NCBI GenBank assembly: GCA_964035545.1
Contig: OZ037766.1
Coordinates: 27,821,673-27,885,672 of the forward strand
DNA: 64,000 nt
Origin: Bugula neritina
Lineage: Eukaryota; Animalia; Bryozoa
Direction: 5' to 3'
Numbering within the stretch: position 1 is the stretch's first letter; each line of letters opens with the position of its first letter. The notes beneath the pieces were generated by a model, which did not search any database, had not been told where the DNA came from, and saw nothing but the letters and a program-made list of their open reading frames with translations. The translations under genes and the position numbers were made by a program. This document shows, piece by piece, positions 1-13,600 of the stretch.

Positions 1-677
1 AGTATAAGGCATATAAGCCACGAGCATAGCGATGGTGACAATCACAATGAAAATAAGTCTGACTGCTAGATTAGGCTAAATACTGTGCCTATTGACTATT
101 TGAGTTGAAAGTCATAGTTGATATAAAATTAAAATAAGTGCTATGCAAAGTTTAAAAGTATAATAATAAATAATTATTATGATGTTGATATTTTAATTGT
201 GTTGTAGTTTAAATTTGAATTCGCAACTGAATCTTTCTGTTAAAGTTTTATTATAATTTAACTTTCATATACTTTTTATATAGTGATCATATAGCCTCAT
301 TTCTGGTTTAATTTATAAATGGCAACGCTGATTATGCAAGGTAATTTTTCAAAATACAAAATGCCCCTCGGTGTGTTCACATTATTTTTGAAAAACTTGA
401 CTAAACCATCTAATTACAGCACAGTTTATACACAATAATTTGATTGCATTATTGATTAAGGACATTTTTCTTCTTTAGGGTTTTTATCATGGTTAAAATA
501 TTTTTTGTTTGTGCAGATATTTGCCATATTTTAGCAGTTTATACAATCAGATTGGTTGAGTTATGGACTAAAATTCTAGCTAGGTCTTTTGGCAGCAGTA
601 AGTCTAATATAAAACTTACTATTTTTAAGTACGTTCAAATTGATAAAGACAAGTTTTGTGTTACAGTTATACTGACC

Positions 678-3600
678 ATGGGATGCTCTTGCCTACCTGT
701 AAGAACCGCCAGCCCCAAATTCCTGGTGTATCTACAATGTTGTAAGTTAGCCATCTGTTTGATGAAGTTTGGTCTCAAAATGATATTTTTAACATTTTCA
801 AGTGTAGCTTAGATTTTCTCAATGTGATGTTAATTTTAAAGTTCTTTTCCATCTTGTACTAGTTTTGTATCTTTCAATAGTTAGTTTACTCGACAGTAAT
901 CTTTATTTTAAAAGGCAAACATATACTGTGAATACATCATGTAAAGTTAAATAATATATATCTGGGAAATTGTAGAGTGTGTTTTTGTAATGTGTTTAGT
1001 GGCTAGTTATTGGGGCTTCATCGAATTTATTTCTTTTTATGTTGTTTTATGTTTAGTATGATTTAAATGCTCAAATGATCATCTAAAATAAGTGGTTCTT
1101 TGAAAGTAAATCAAATACTTAAATTGCATCAATACTAGACTTGAATATGCATTTCATTTTATTTTATTCACAATTTTTTTTAGATTTTCTGAGTATTGCA
1201 TACATACTGGGGACTGGTGTACTTAGTAAGTACTATTAGCTGGCTACTGAGTAATATATTGGTGATGTTCGACATTCCTTGAGCTTTGGATTAAAAGTTT
1301 TTTTCAACTAGGACAGTTACTGAATTTCTATTGAATGCAGTGCAAGGTCACTTTGTGGAAAAAAACTTTGCAAAATTTTATTCTATAGACAACACTAAAG
1401 CTGTCTTTCTAGTTACAAGCAAAAAGAAATAATGTTTACTCCCATTGTAGCAGTTTCAAAGCATGTTTTCTTAGGTAATTAGATGTTTGGGTTGCTGTGA
1501 TGTCATGGAAAGCATTAAATTACACACTCTGTCAAGTCACAGTAGTGGAAGATTAAGTTAGTATGGTGGTATATCTAATACTATAATTCTTTAGTGGTTG
1601 AAGTCATTATTTGGGACAGCAGTGGTATGATGACATTCAGTAGTGCAAGTGTGATATTCTTATCACTTTATTAGCTAACTCTGTGTTAGTTAACTATGCC
1701 TGACTTTCTTCCTTCTTTACTTTTTATCTGTTCACAGAACTACCAACATATGAAGAACTAATGCCAATTTCATATTAACTCTCAATGAAGTAACCAATGT
1801 ATTTGAGTTTATGCATGGCTAATAGACTCTATTTTATTCCTTGTTATTTGCAGCTGTGCTATGAGCTCTTTAGAACTAATTTCAACATCTGAGTTGCTTT
1901 CCCATTGTAATCTTAGAATAGAATACGTGGTTATTATTTTATGGTTTCAGGTTTACCAGTAAGTCTAGCCAGATCAGGGATGGTGCCTTTCTTTGTTGTG
2001 ATGACCATAGTGCTAATATTCCAGGTTAGTTGGCAACATTGTGTGCTCATTTAGGATTTTTACCAATAAATTAATTACATTATTTTTGTGGGGTGACATC
2101 TACTCAATACCTGTGCTCAGTTTCTTGTACCCATATCGATAAATTGTTCTTTGATTTTTAATTGAGTAGTATATTGATATAGAGTTATGTCTATATTTAG
2201 ATCTAGAATATTGATTGTGTGCTTATTTAGATGCAGGTATCAACTGCTACAATATGAATTAAAGTAATGGCATAAATGAATCTGATTTATATATTTTCCC
2301 TTGCTGTATTATATATTAAAATGCATTTCTTGTTTAGATTAGTGATGTTTGTACATTTCTAATGTAGCTGTATTTGTGTTGTGGTAAAGGTTTTTTCTAT
2401 ATTGAATTGATAGATGTTTATATCTTGGTACATCTGTATTCATGTTGTGGTTGTTTCTATATTTAAATTATATTTATTTCTATATTTAGATTCTGATTGC
2501 TTCTATATTTAAATTATGATTGTTTCTGTACCTAGATTATGGTTGTTTCTATATTATTTAAATTATATTTATTTCTATATTTAGATTATGGTTGTTTCTA
2601 TATTTAGATTATGGTTATATATTTAATGACGGACCTTCTGCAGAAGTTGGTTGCTCTACAGTTGCAGAATGCTGGAGAGAGGAACTCTCTATCTGTAAGT
2701 GACACAGTGGTACAGTGAACAGTGGTACAATATGTATCACGTGCTCACACCTTAATGTCACCTGCCATCTGTAATACCACCTGCTCACACCCTAATGCCA
2801 TTGTACTAGCTGCCAATGCCAAGGTGATCTCCAGTAACATGTGCTGAACTATTCCCTGCAGTTGCTTGTTGTGCTGCTCAGCAATAAGCTGTTGCACCAG
2901 TAGCACTATTAAACAGGGTCTGTAGTTTCTACAGTAAGCAGTGTAGCAGTACCGAGATATGGGATACTAACGCCCAAATGTGGAGATCAAACAGGTGCTT
3001 GTGATAATGCAGAGTTCATATAACAGCAGATGCTGGCAGCAATTTTCACCTGACAGATCTAATGTTATGTAACTTTGAGAGTTGATATGGAATAGAGTTT
3101 CTGTCTCATGTTTAGGCTACGGGTGGCACCAACCTTGCATACTTGTATTATAGTTACTCTGTAGCTGCGTAGAATAAAGTACATATTTCTTAAGGAAGGC
3201 CTTTACCAAATTCTATCATAAAAATGCAATTTTAGCCAATTGTCTAGTAACAGACATTTGTTGAACAAAGTAGTGTTGAAGCGGTATGTTGGTGTAGCAA
3301 GGTAAGACCGGCATTTCAGGTGTATATGGGTGTGGCTAGATAACACTGGAGTTATATGGGTACGCTATACAAGATAATATCGGTGTTGAAGGGGAACATT
3401 AGTGTTACAAGACAATAGCGCCATTGAAAAGGTACACCGTTGTCATGCCTACAAGAAACTGATCTCTTGTGCTGTAGAATGGTGCAGTGTTGGACTCAAG
3501 TGGTGAGGGGGATAAGCTGTTGGATAGCAATGAGATTATGGAACTGAGCAATGAAACTGATGGGGTGGATGAACCAGCCACCCAAACAGGTTGGTCAGAA

Positions 3601-6600
3601 CTTGGGTATCTATATTGCTATCTTGTTGCTTTGTATGGAGAATTCTAAATGCATACACAAGTACTATGCGCAACTAATGTAAGCCTCATTTTCATTTCCC
3701 GATTATATACATAAATGAAAGAGGATCTGAACATCTATTTAAAAATATCTAGTCAGAATTATTTTGATATTTTGTATAGTATATCATTATCACACATTTT
3801 CACATGTCGAAGGCTTGGCATCTGATTAGGGATCGAAGTGTTAGTCTATACTAGATGCTATAATAGACGCTATTATTTATTAATAAATATAAATGTATTC
3901 AATAGTAAACCTATGTTTTCTCCAAGTCAAATTTCTAGTGGGAAGTTTAAAGTATACATTATATCTAGCACTAAAAAAAAGTTTTAGTTAAACTTCATCA
4001 AATACTATTTAATATTGATCATATATCTTCTACAAACATTGGTAAAGCAAACCTGACTTTTCAGTAAAGGTTGAAGTAAATAACCCAACAGGTTATGTGA
4101 CAGGAGTTTTTCTGCATTTCTTTGCTAACTTCATTCCTTTGCTAACTTTATTTCTTTGCTAACTGCATTACCTAGTTTTATATAGTAGCTATATATTATG
4201 TGTTATTCCGTGTGTCTCTTTATTAATATGCTTTTGTTGATTTTATTTCTGCAGCCTATTCTAAGGTATTTATTTCAAGGTTTGTAGTTAACATTACGTG
4301 TTGTGTGGTGTGTCTGGACTGTTTTTTCTATTTCTCAACAACTACAAAACTGCTTCCCATTTCTAATTAGACAAGTTTCTGAATCAGTGTGACATTTAAC
4401 ATTGGTTATGACTCAACTGCTCTACCCTAAATTTAATGCAAAGTTGATTTTAATCTGGCACATGAATTTATTTTATGACTCCTAAGTGAGGTCATTTCAA
4501 CGGGATTTAGTACGATTTCTCCTATTAATTTGTTGTTATAATTTTAATATCTGCTCAGGCTTATTGATAACATACCTCTTAACCAACTCACCCTGCTTGG
4601 ATTTAAACCTATGACTTAGCATACCGTGTGCCATACTATCAGATCACAACCGCTCAGCTAAACACGCTGTACTAATACTCTAGTATTATTTGTGTGCCAC
4701 ATAGACATTCTCTCTCTCAATACTGAATCTATCCCTTCCCATTATTTGACGTCACCACTTAGTTACTCCCTCACCACAGCATAGCTCTGGCCACGCTCTT
4801 TTATTTATATTTTCAAATTCTCTCTGCTACGTATCACTGCTTTGTTGAAGTTTGTAAATGTCACAGATATAGCATTCTGATGTTCAATTCATGCTTTTAG
4901 CGTCTTTTGATAAAACTACTAGTTTAAAAGTTTATGTGAATTGACTTTGGCAACCAAATCTTACTACTGAATAGCGAGATATAAGTTTCTAGCTTTTTCA
5001 AACAAAAGTAATATTTGCTAAAGTAACTTTTTCAGTGCTCTACTTGCTATGACCACTTCTCATATCCCCTAAAATGCTGTTGTACTTTACAGAAAGCGGC
5101 AGCTTACCCGGACATGTGGATCTCTTTGCTCTAGGAGACAGATTTCTACCGAGAATATTGAGCTACGCTTTTGGCATCCATGTTTTGCTGACATTCACTA
5201 TAAATGGGCTCAGCTATGCTTTGGCAGGGAGTCAAGCTTACAGCGACGTCTTTTCTATAACAAAGTATGTCGATTATGTGTGCGATTAGGATATACTGAA
5301 GTTGCCATTTCTTGTATAGTAATACCGTGATGGTTTATTTTGTTTGCTAGATTGTTGATGTGAAATGTTACGTTTTGAATGTTTTATAATTTATTACAAC
5401 TTGCAGTACAAGTTTAGTAACAAAACCATGTTCTTTTGTAAGAAGAAAGTCTGCCATAACAACTTCACAATTTGCATGATTTATCTGTTTCCCCTCTACT
5501 TTCCCAGACTGCTGTGACAATATGTAGATGTGGTAAATACAAATGCAGTATCCATAGTCTGTGTGAAAGATGTATTCCCATATTACAGCACCATCGTAGT
5601 TCTACCTTTCTTCTGCTGGATTCTCAACTTACTGGCTGTGTTTGGTAGGAGGTTGGTGGACCCATTTGTCAGTATTCTCACTCTATTTAAGGGAACCCTC
5701 CTTCTTATTGTGGTTCGTATGCTGTTCCTTACTCTAGAATCTAGTACATATCAAGTACTACTATTTACTCCAGTACATGTCAAGTACTATTCCTTACTCT
5801 AGTGCATGTCAAGTACTATTCCTTACTCTAGTACATGTCAAGTATTATTCCTTACTCTAGTACATGTCAAGTACTATTCCTTACTCTAGTACATGTCAAG
5901 TACTATTCCTTACTCTAGTACATGTCAAGTACTATTCCTTACTCTAGTACATGTCAAGTACTATTCCTTACTCTAGTACATGTCAAGTACTATTATTTAC
6001 TCTAGTACATGTCAAGTACTATTCCTTACTCTAGTGCATGTCAAGTACTATTCCTTACTCTAGTGCATGTCAAGTACTGTTCCTCACTCTGGTGCATGTC
6101 AAGTACTGCTCTTTACTCCAGTACACACCAAGCACTATTCTTTACTTTAGTATATTATATCAATTACTGTTTGTTATTACCTGTAGTATGTATAATTCTG
6201 TTTTTAGATTGAAATTAATTTTTTAAAATTGAAATAGGTTGGCACACCATGCTATGGGGTGCCTCAGAATTGTATGGGATGGCACAAGTTCGAATGAACT
6301 GTCATGAGATGCCTCGGTGTTATGCAATGACATGGAAATATTGATATATATATTATATTATAGTATTGGCAGTTTTGTTATGATGTTTCCCCTTCAGGTA
6401 GTGATTGCTTTCATTGTTGGCTCAACTATCCAGAAAAAGATAACTAATGACTTCCACTACATAGCCGACTCATTTCTCACAGTAACAGTAGCGCTGGGCG
6501 GGACGTTTCTCACCATGCCCTACATGTTCACCAAAATCTCTTTCTCTGAGCCTGATGTGAGTTAATATTACACTAATTCATGTTACTCCTTCGTTGTTGG

Positions 6601-9600
6601 CGTTTTACTCAATAATTTTAGTCTCTGCCTTCAATTATGCTAAACAACTAAATCTTATTAGTTTTTTGGGAAATTTAATGCAAAATCAACAGAAGTTTAA
6701 ATTATTATGATTTAGAAGCTGCAAAGTTATTCATATTTAAAAATTAAGAGCACTTCTGTTAATTTTTTGCAACATGATATTTTCTAATGGTGTATTGACT
6801 CTAATCTTAATTTTGGAAGTACAACTTGAGTTATTCATAGTTGACAGTTGCATATTGTAATAATATAATATAATATATTGTATATTGTAATATAATATAA
6901 TTTAAGGTATGTTGTTTATATAATATATTATATTGATATATTATAAACTATATTGTTGCATTTTTGTTGGTATAATACTCATATTGTTGACATTTTTTGG
7001 ATTTTTAACATCATGAATGCTGTTAATAATGTGTTATAAAAATCACGCACATTGTTTATGAAGGTAAGATCATACCGACTTGCAATAACCCTTGGAATGG
7101 TCACATGCTATGTTCTGGAAACCCTGTGGTGCTGGGCAGTCTTAGATGTGGTGCCACAGGTTGATCCTTGCCTCTCTATAGACTATACCAACATATCGAC
7201 CACAGGTTGCCTGCCTCCAGGTTACACACTGCAAAGGTAACGCAACTCCTACCAACTTAGTGATAACTCTATGAGGAGTACTGATATTAATGAACATTAG
7301 ATTGAAATAGAAGCTAACTGCTTAATTTGTGAAGTATACACTTTGGCTCTATGTTTGTATATATCAAAGCAGGGCTTTTTGTTTATTTGTTTTGTTTTTC
7401 TTATGAAATTTTGGTTAGGAATTTCAACTTGGCGTTAGATAGGTAGTGTTTTATGTGTTTGCATGAATTGCATGCAGCGCAGTGTTATAACACGTGCCAG
7501 ATGTACTGAAACTATGTTTTGAGATAAGTCATGCGCTGTCCAAGGGTGATACATGTGCTATTAATTACTACTTGTTAACATAAATAACTCACTGTCACAG
7601 CGTATGCTACTCAACTTCCTTGCAGCTCAACTTAATTCCTTACTGACTTATCTCGTATAACTTTATTGAAACTACTTGCAGATCAAATTTTGAAATGATT
7701 TGTCTTTTCTTGATTTGTTTTAGTGCTGAAGAAAATGGAGAAATTTCCACAGTTCCATTTTCAAGGGTGAGCTATTTTAGTTGGTGCTCTGTTTGGGTTT
7801 CTCATTAGTTGGCTGGGTTACACTGTGTTGTAAAATGCCACCTGCTGTTATAGATTAGGGTAAATGCTACCATCATTGTATTTACATATTCAATAATTCA
7901 GTTATTTAAATAATTCAATATTCAATAATTACAAACATGTAGGGGTTCTTTGATTAATATATAGTTTATTGTTGTCTTTACTTTTGTATGCATGTGAATT
8001 ATGGTTTTGGATATAGTGTGTTTCCACATAGTCATGACTCATTTGGTGGGTTTTCAATACTCCGATGAAGAATCGGCTATTATGGGAGAGTTATGTTCTC
8101 TTTTTCTGTAGGTAATTTGATACACTAACATGTCTCATCAGGGCAGTGTCTATAAATGATTAGCCAATTTATTTGTTGGTTATATCTTAGTCTATTTGAA
8201 ATAAAAAGCAAATCATTTTGTGAAAAATTTCAATTGAAAGTAGCAGAATGCAAGATATAATAGGTGGCAAGGGGTGAAGAAAAAAAATTGTACTAAAATC
8301 AATAAAGGAGGATGATTGATGCCAGGAAGTGATGTAATAGTCTACACTCTCTATGTATACTCCGCTGACAATGCTGTCAAAGTTTGCTGGTATCTTGATC
8401 CCCCACTGTTGTACGTTGCAGGTACTAGATGATAGCTATCCAATGTACAGCTGGGTGGGAACGGTCATCTCCGTGTTCATCATGATTAGCATTACTGTGT
8501 CTTACACCTTCAACAGTACCGTCCTATGTCAGACTGGTTAGTTCCATGTCACTTTTCAACATACTGATGTTTTCGCACTGTTCTCTTCACATTGTTCTCT
8601 TCACACTGATACCTTCACTCTGTTCTCTTCACACTGATATCTTCACACTGATATCTTCACACTGTTCTCTTCACACTGATGTTTTCTTGGTGACTGAGAA
8701 ACAGTTGTTTGCAAACAATGTTTGTTTGACAAAACTTCAAACTGAAAACTTTCCTCTACACTGACAAGAAATAAAAGTGGCTCATATTGCATTTGTTTAT
8801 ATTGATATGGCGGACATTTTCTCCTCAATGAAGGACTTACCAAACAGTGTGTAGGGCTGATTAAAGTAGCTCCAGCTTTGGTTCAGACAAATTGTTTTAC
8901 AGCATATGTCACATTCAACTGTTTACATAAACTATACATGTTAATAGTTATTTATATTTTATATTGAGTAAGTAGTAGAGAATTTTACTTACATTGATTA
9001 ATGACTCGAGTGAGTTTATTGTCACCATGCCTGTGAGAGTCCCGGAAAGAAAGTTTTTTTTAAGGGAACCCAAGGACATGTCTTTTAATGTGACAAAGCA
9101 GCAATTATGACTGAGTACTGTTGCTAACATCACGGCCGGTGTTTGGAATTGAACCACCGACCTCGTGTTCACGAGCACTCCAGTCATTACGCCACGGCTG
9201 CTTCCTCTTACATTGATTCCTATTTTATATCAAGTGTTGATGTTATCCTTTCTTGTAGTCGAGGGGGTTGTCAGCTCAGTTTGGAAAGTCAGCTGGAATC
9301 GGTGTGACTTTAGATTAGCTTCAAGTGAAGTCATTGTGGCTATTGCAGCCAACTTCTTTCTAATGGCTGTGATATTTGTTGTCGCACTATTTAACCCCCA
9401 GGTGAGCTGCTCAATATTGTTCATTATAATATACTGTATTTAGGTATAATACAGTTTTACTGCTAACTGTGTTTTCCATGTTTATATTAGTGGACCAGTT
9501 GTGGGAAATTGTTTACCCTGAGTGTCATTGTTCAAATTTGATAGTTTTACTTTGTGAATAAATTATTTGACGCATAGAATCTGTGTGGAGTGTTGTGATT

Positions 9601-10538
9601 GGGTAACATGTTGTTTAGGAAGACATTGGCTAAACTGGGTTTTGTGTTGCAGATTATTAATTACCAAAAACACTTTTATTTCTGTTAAATAATTGATTGA
9701 ATAACAACTTAATGTAGGAGTATTAGACTAGTTGATTGATCTCCAGATTTGATCTCTCAATTTTTGGTGCCAGTTTATATTCTTTAGAATCAACTTGCTA
9801 ATTTTCTCAATTCACTAGATAATTTGTTTTTTCTTTACTTGTTTTTCACTATTTTAGATCAAAGCACTATGCAATGTCTATGATTCATGTAGTTGGCCTG
9901 ATATAACAGGCAGATAAACCTAAGTGATTGGTCAAATATTTCTATAGCCTATTTTTCGTGCCTATCTGGTTAATCTAGCAGCTTTGCTTTACTTCACCTT
10001 ATAACCTGAGTGTAAAATAGTCCTCAACTTTAATGGTAAAAATTTACATATATGTGATTTTGTAGAGTTTTGTTATTATTGTGTCAAAGGCCATGTCTAT
10101 TGCGAATAACTTTGGAGTTGGATTTTATATCTCTATAATGATGTGGAGATGTACAGGAAACAGTTTCCAGTAAGTAGTTAATCTTAATTATTAGCAAGAG
10201 AATATGATGACTTTTTTTTAGAATACTGGACAGTACATTAATGACTGTTAATAAGATTTAGTTTGTGAAAATTCAGAGTTGTCTCCCCTATACAAATGCA
10301 GCACTTTATTTACAAATTTCAAGTATTAGATGTTTCTTTGCAAGTGAAACTAACTTTTTAAGCTCTGTTATTGAGTATTATTACATAATTATTTATTATT
10401 ATATTATTTCTTTGCAGATATTTAGAAATTCCTCTTCCATTGTCAAAGTTCCAAGTGAAGTTACAATACTTAGTTAGTGTCTTTTTCATGTTGGCAACTG
10501 TATGGGGAGTTGTATCATGGATATTAGAATCTGTTTAG
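678..10538 (+). CDS. Multi-pass amino-acid transporter (AAAP / Trp-Tyr permease-like), 14 coding exons, about 510 aa
   Basis: Hand-spliced exons, all GT-AG and phase-consistent: 678-741, 1184-1225, 1951-2024, 2608-2694, 3478-3589, 5093-5264, 5589-5712, 6398-6556, 7064-7236, 7724-7766, 8422-8536, 9259-9401, 10066-10169, 10418-10538 (1533 nt, ACCATGG start, TAG stop). The product begins MGCSCLPVRTASPKFLVYLQCYFLSIAYILGTGVLSLPVSLARSG, which contains the TM1 GxGxLxLP motif of AAAP/HAAAP carriers, followed by many hydrophobic segments. A possible upstream exon ends at the donor at 340/341. Confidence 0.88.
2440..2620 (+). repeat. Tandem repeat of about 23 bp (TTTCTATATTTAGATTATGGTTG), about 8 degenerate copies, overlapping the acceptor of exon 2608-2694
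   Basis: The unit is directly visible; its last copy supplies the AG at 2606-2607 and the first exon codons. Confidence 0.85.
4575..4670 (-). mobile_element. Degenerate tRNA-derived SINE head (different from the main family)
   Basis: The minus strand reads CAGCGTGTTTAGCTGAGCGGTTG...AGGTTTAAATCC, i.e. degenerate Pol III A-box and B-box; intronic location. Confidence 0.4.
5723..6150 (+). repeat. 29-bp minisatellite (TTCCTTACTCTAGTACATGTCAAGTACTA), about 14 copies, intronic
   Basis: Near-perfect central copies with degenerate ends; it begins about 10 nt after the donor at 5713. Confidence 0.95.
8560..8685 (+). repeat. Degenerate 14-16 bp tandem repeat (CTTCACACTGTTCT / CTTCACACTGATAT), intronic
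   Basis: Directly visible just downstream of the donor at 8537. Confidence 0.8.
9005..9203 (-). mobile_element. tRNA-derived SINE, family copy 1
   Basis: Minus strand: GCAGCCGTGG head, GGTTCAATTCC B-box, GTGATGTTAGCAA...CAGTCATAATTGCT core and CTCACAGGCATGGTGACAATAAACT tail, shared with five other copies in the window. Confidence 0.75.
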
Positions 10539-10689
10539 CTCAATTCAATACTGTTGACACTTGATAAGTATTTGAGATATATCTTGTGTCACATTATATT
10601 ATAATTATGTCTATCTCTACATATTATATATTTTCTATATTTTATATGCATTTTGTTCATAGTTTTGATTAATTATTTTATTCTTCAAA

Positions 10690-13600
10690 AAGTTGGTAGA
10701 TTTTCACAGGTCTTGTAACTGTGGCAGATTGTCAGTCCTTCAGCTAGAAAATAAGATATTTTTGTATTCAAATGACCTTGAACTCTTGCTCTATTATTTA
10801 GCCCGTGTTCTCTTTACTGTCATTATTCGGCAGTTAAGGTGTTTTTCTATGGTATTATTTCATGCTTGCTGTCTAGTCATTTATTGCTCAGGTACGTTTG
10901 CATCTGTAGTTGTTATTCCGAGACAGTGATTTAGCAGTTTAACTTTTTTGTCCTTTCCACACTACTGACTATATATTTATTTATTTATTTGTCTATTTAT
11001 TTATTTTGGGATGATTGGGGTCCCAGTAGTTGGAGTTTTTGCAATTTAGTGTTATTATGCACAGTTTTCCGTAAGCCATTGCGTTCAACTTGTAACACGC
11101 AGAATCAGGCTCAAGCTCTTTATTGTAATGCTGTTGATAGGAGTCATTTTACAAGTCTTAGAAGTTGTGTTGCCATGGCAACTCTTTCAATTCTTGTAGT
11201 TTTATTGGTTATTCCAAGTAACCTGCTGACAAAGTAAGTCTTTTTCAGCTATTTTGGTGTTTCATGTCTTTTCTTTAGTATCTATAATTTTTTTATTTAT
11301 TTGCTGAATTTATGTAAATATATATAAAGGAAAGACAACTTGGCTATCCAATCTTTGTGTGGCACTATATTATTTATGTATGGTAGCAAAAGGTATTATT
11401 TGTTAGGTTATGGGAAAAGGTCATCATTAAAGTATTCAGTTTTGCTACGACATATATATACACATGCATGTTATACATTATCAAATACTTTTGACTATGT
11501 TGCATGGCATTATTAATATACAATATATAATATATATTATAATATCAGTTTTTATAATCATAGCAGTAGCACCTCTATATGCATCTGATAGTTTTCCCCT
11601 TTCCAGTAGAACTATTATAGGAAATAATTAATGACATTAACAAATAAGTTTCAAAATCTCGCCTTTTTACTAAATAGTTGTTGGGTTAGTAATCTTGAAA
11701 AAAGCTCCCCTAATGACCTGCAAGACAATGGTAGTGACATCAGTATAGCAGTATTATTTAATAGCACAGCATTAGAATATTACACTTTCTAAAACAGCTT
11801 GGTCATCAGATTCTGAGCTAAGAAAATACGTTAAATTGCGGTCAATGGTTCCCATATTAGTCGTAGATCTGGCAAGAACCAGTCTTCTTTGCAAGCTGAT
11901 GTTGATAATTTTTATAGGTTCTGTTGTGGCTATACAATTGTTGATTAATTTACCTTATTAACTTTATCTATCTTGACACTTTGTTTCTCTTCATTAATTG
12001 CTATATTATTATTGTCTAGCTAGTCTTTCATTATTTTTCCGGAGTTGTCTTTTCAACTTAAATCTGTTGTCTCTTTCACAACCTCTTGATTCATTGTGAT
12101 GTCTTCGTAAACATTTCCCTATATTACAATAAATATAATAAAATAGTGTAATAGAGTGCATGGTTGACTAAAAAGTGATACAATCATTATATGGTAATGC
12201 ATAATATAAACTCTCATCATTAGGTGTTGTACTATAGCAATTGAAATTCTTAATTTGTCATCCTTTGACACTTTTGATCCCCTTAGCCCATTCTGGAGTT
12301 TAAGTTGAGATTTTTTGCCAATAGCAGTTTTCTCTCTTTAATAGAAAGGATCTTTGTTTGTGTTGAACAGACAACTTCAACTAAAAATAATAATATACTT
12401 CAACATTGTTAACCAGAATGGCTATAGCTTAGGTCAGAGTAATGGACCTACAGTGGCTAAATTTATATTTCATTATATCAGATATATTTTATAAATACAA
12501 CATATTATATATATATTAAGATAGTGTAATACTGATAGAGTATAGTGGTTGACTAAAAAGTGAATCACAGACTATATTGTAACGTATAATATAATTTCTT
12601 TCGCCATTTTCTGGTGAGAGAAATTATATTATATGTCAGCTGCATTGTGGGACTTTAAGTCTACATGCAGTATAGCATCACCTATGGATTATTCTGTTTT
12701 GATGTTGCAACCATGTAGTTTAGCAGTAGATTAAACATTAAAAGGAAAAAGAGAGTGTAATAGTGTAATTATTGATTATAGAAAGTAATACACACACTAT
12801 ATATTATTTTAATGTATAATATAAATTATCTCACCCTTTTCTAGTCTGATTTCTGTCTGATTTTCTGCTGCTTTACATTGTGCAGGTTTTGAGACTAAAG
12901 AAGGTCTTGAGATTTCCTTCTGTGTTTTCAAAATATGAGTCACACTTTGAGTTTTTTCTTATAGATATATAATAGATTATATATAATAAATGGAAAAAGA
13001 GAGTGCAATAGAGTAATGATTTACTAGAAACTGATGCACGTGCAATATAATAATATTGTGATGTGTATGATATAATATGTTATCTCACCCTTTTCTTGTT
13101 TGATTTCCTTAACGTCAGCTGCTGCTTTACACTGTGATTGTGAGTCTAAAAAGAAATCCTTCTGTGAATTTCCACAAATTAAGTTTTACATTGAGGTTTT
13201 TCTTATAAATACAATAGTTTATATAATAACTAGACAAATAGAGTGTAATATAATAAATATTGACTAGAAAGTAATGCACACACATTATGTTGTAATGCAT
13301 AGTATACACATTTTTTTACTATTTCTAGAGTTGATTTCTGTGGAATTAGTTGCTAATTAATACAATCCTAGTCTGATTTTACAAGAGCAACACTTGTGGA
13401 TTGAATTACTTTGCTAACTCCAGTTATCTTGGTATATTATGCTGTTTCTCAGCTTTGCAAAGCTGCCCTAGATGCGTCATTTCATTTTCCTAAAGTTGTC
13501 TTGCAATGTAATTTTTGCCGTTTCTTTTACCATTTCTTGGTTATTGTCATTAGACACATGGCATTGCCATATTTCAGGTGCCAAGTTTATCTACCTTACT

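Noticed and set aside
1-75. Minus-strand frame PNLAVRLIFIVIVTIAMLVAYMPYT, resembling a GPCR TM6
   Set aside because: Only 25 codons at the window edge, a weak acceptor, and no upstream GPCR exons found; cannot be supported.
5508-5588. Strong-looking acceptor TTCCCAG at 5507
   Set aside because: It gives an immediate stop in the required phase; the acceptor at 5588 restores the frame.
5723-6150. CRISPR-like appearance (29-bp repeats with an internal palindrome)
   Set aside because: No unique spacers, no cas genes, and it lies in a eukaryotic intron.
6009-6226. ORFs MSSTIPYSSACQ...
   Set aside because: Translations of the 29-bp minisatellite.
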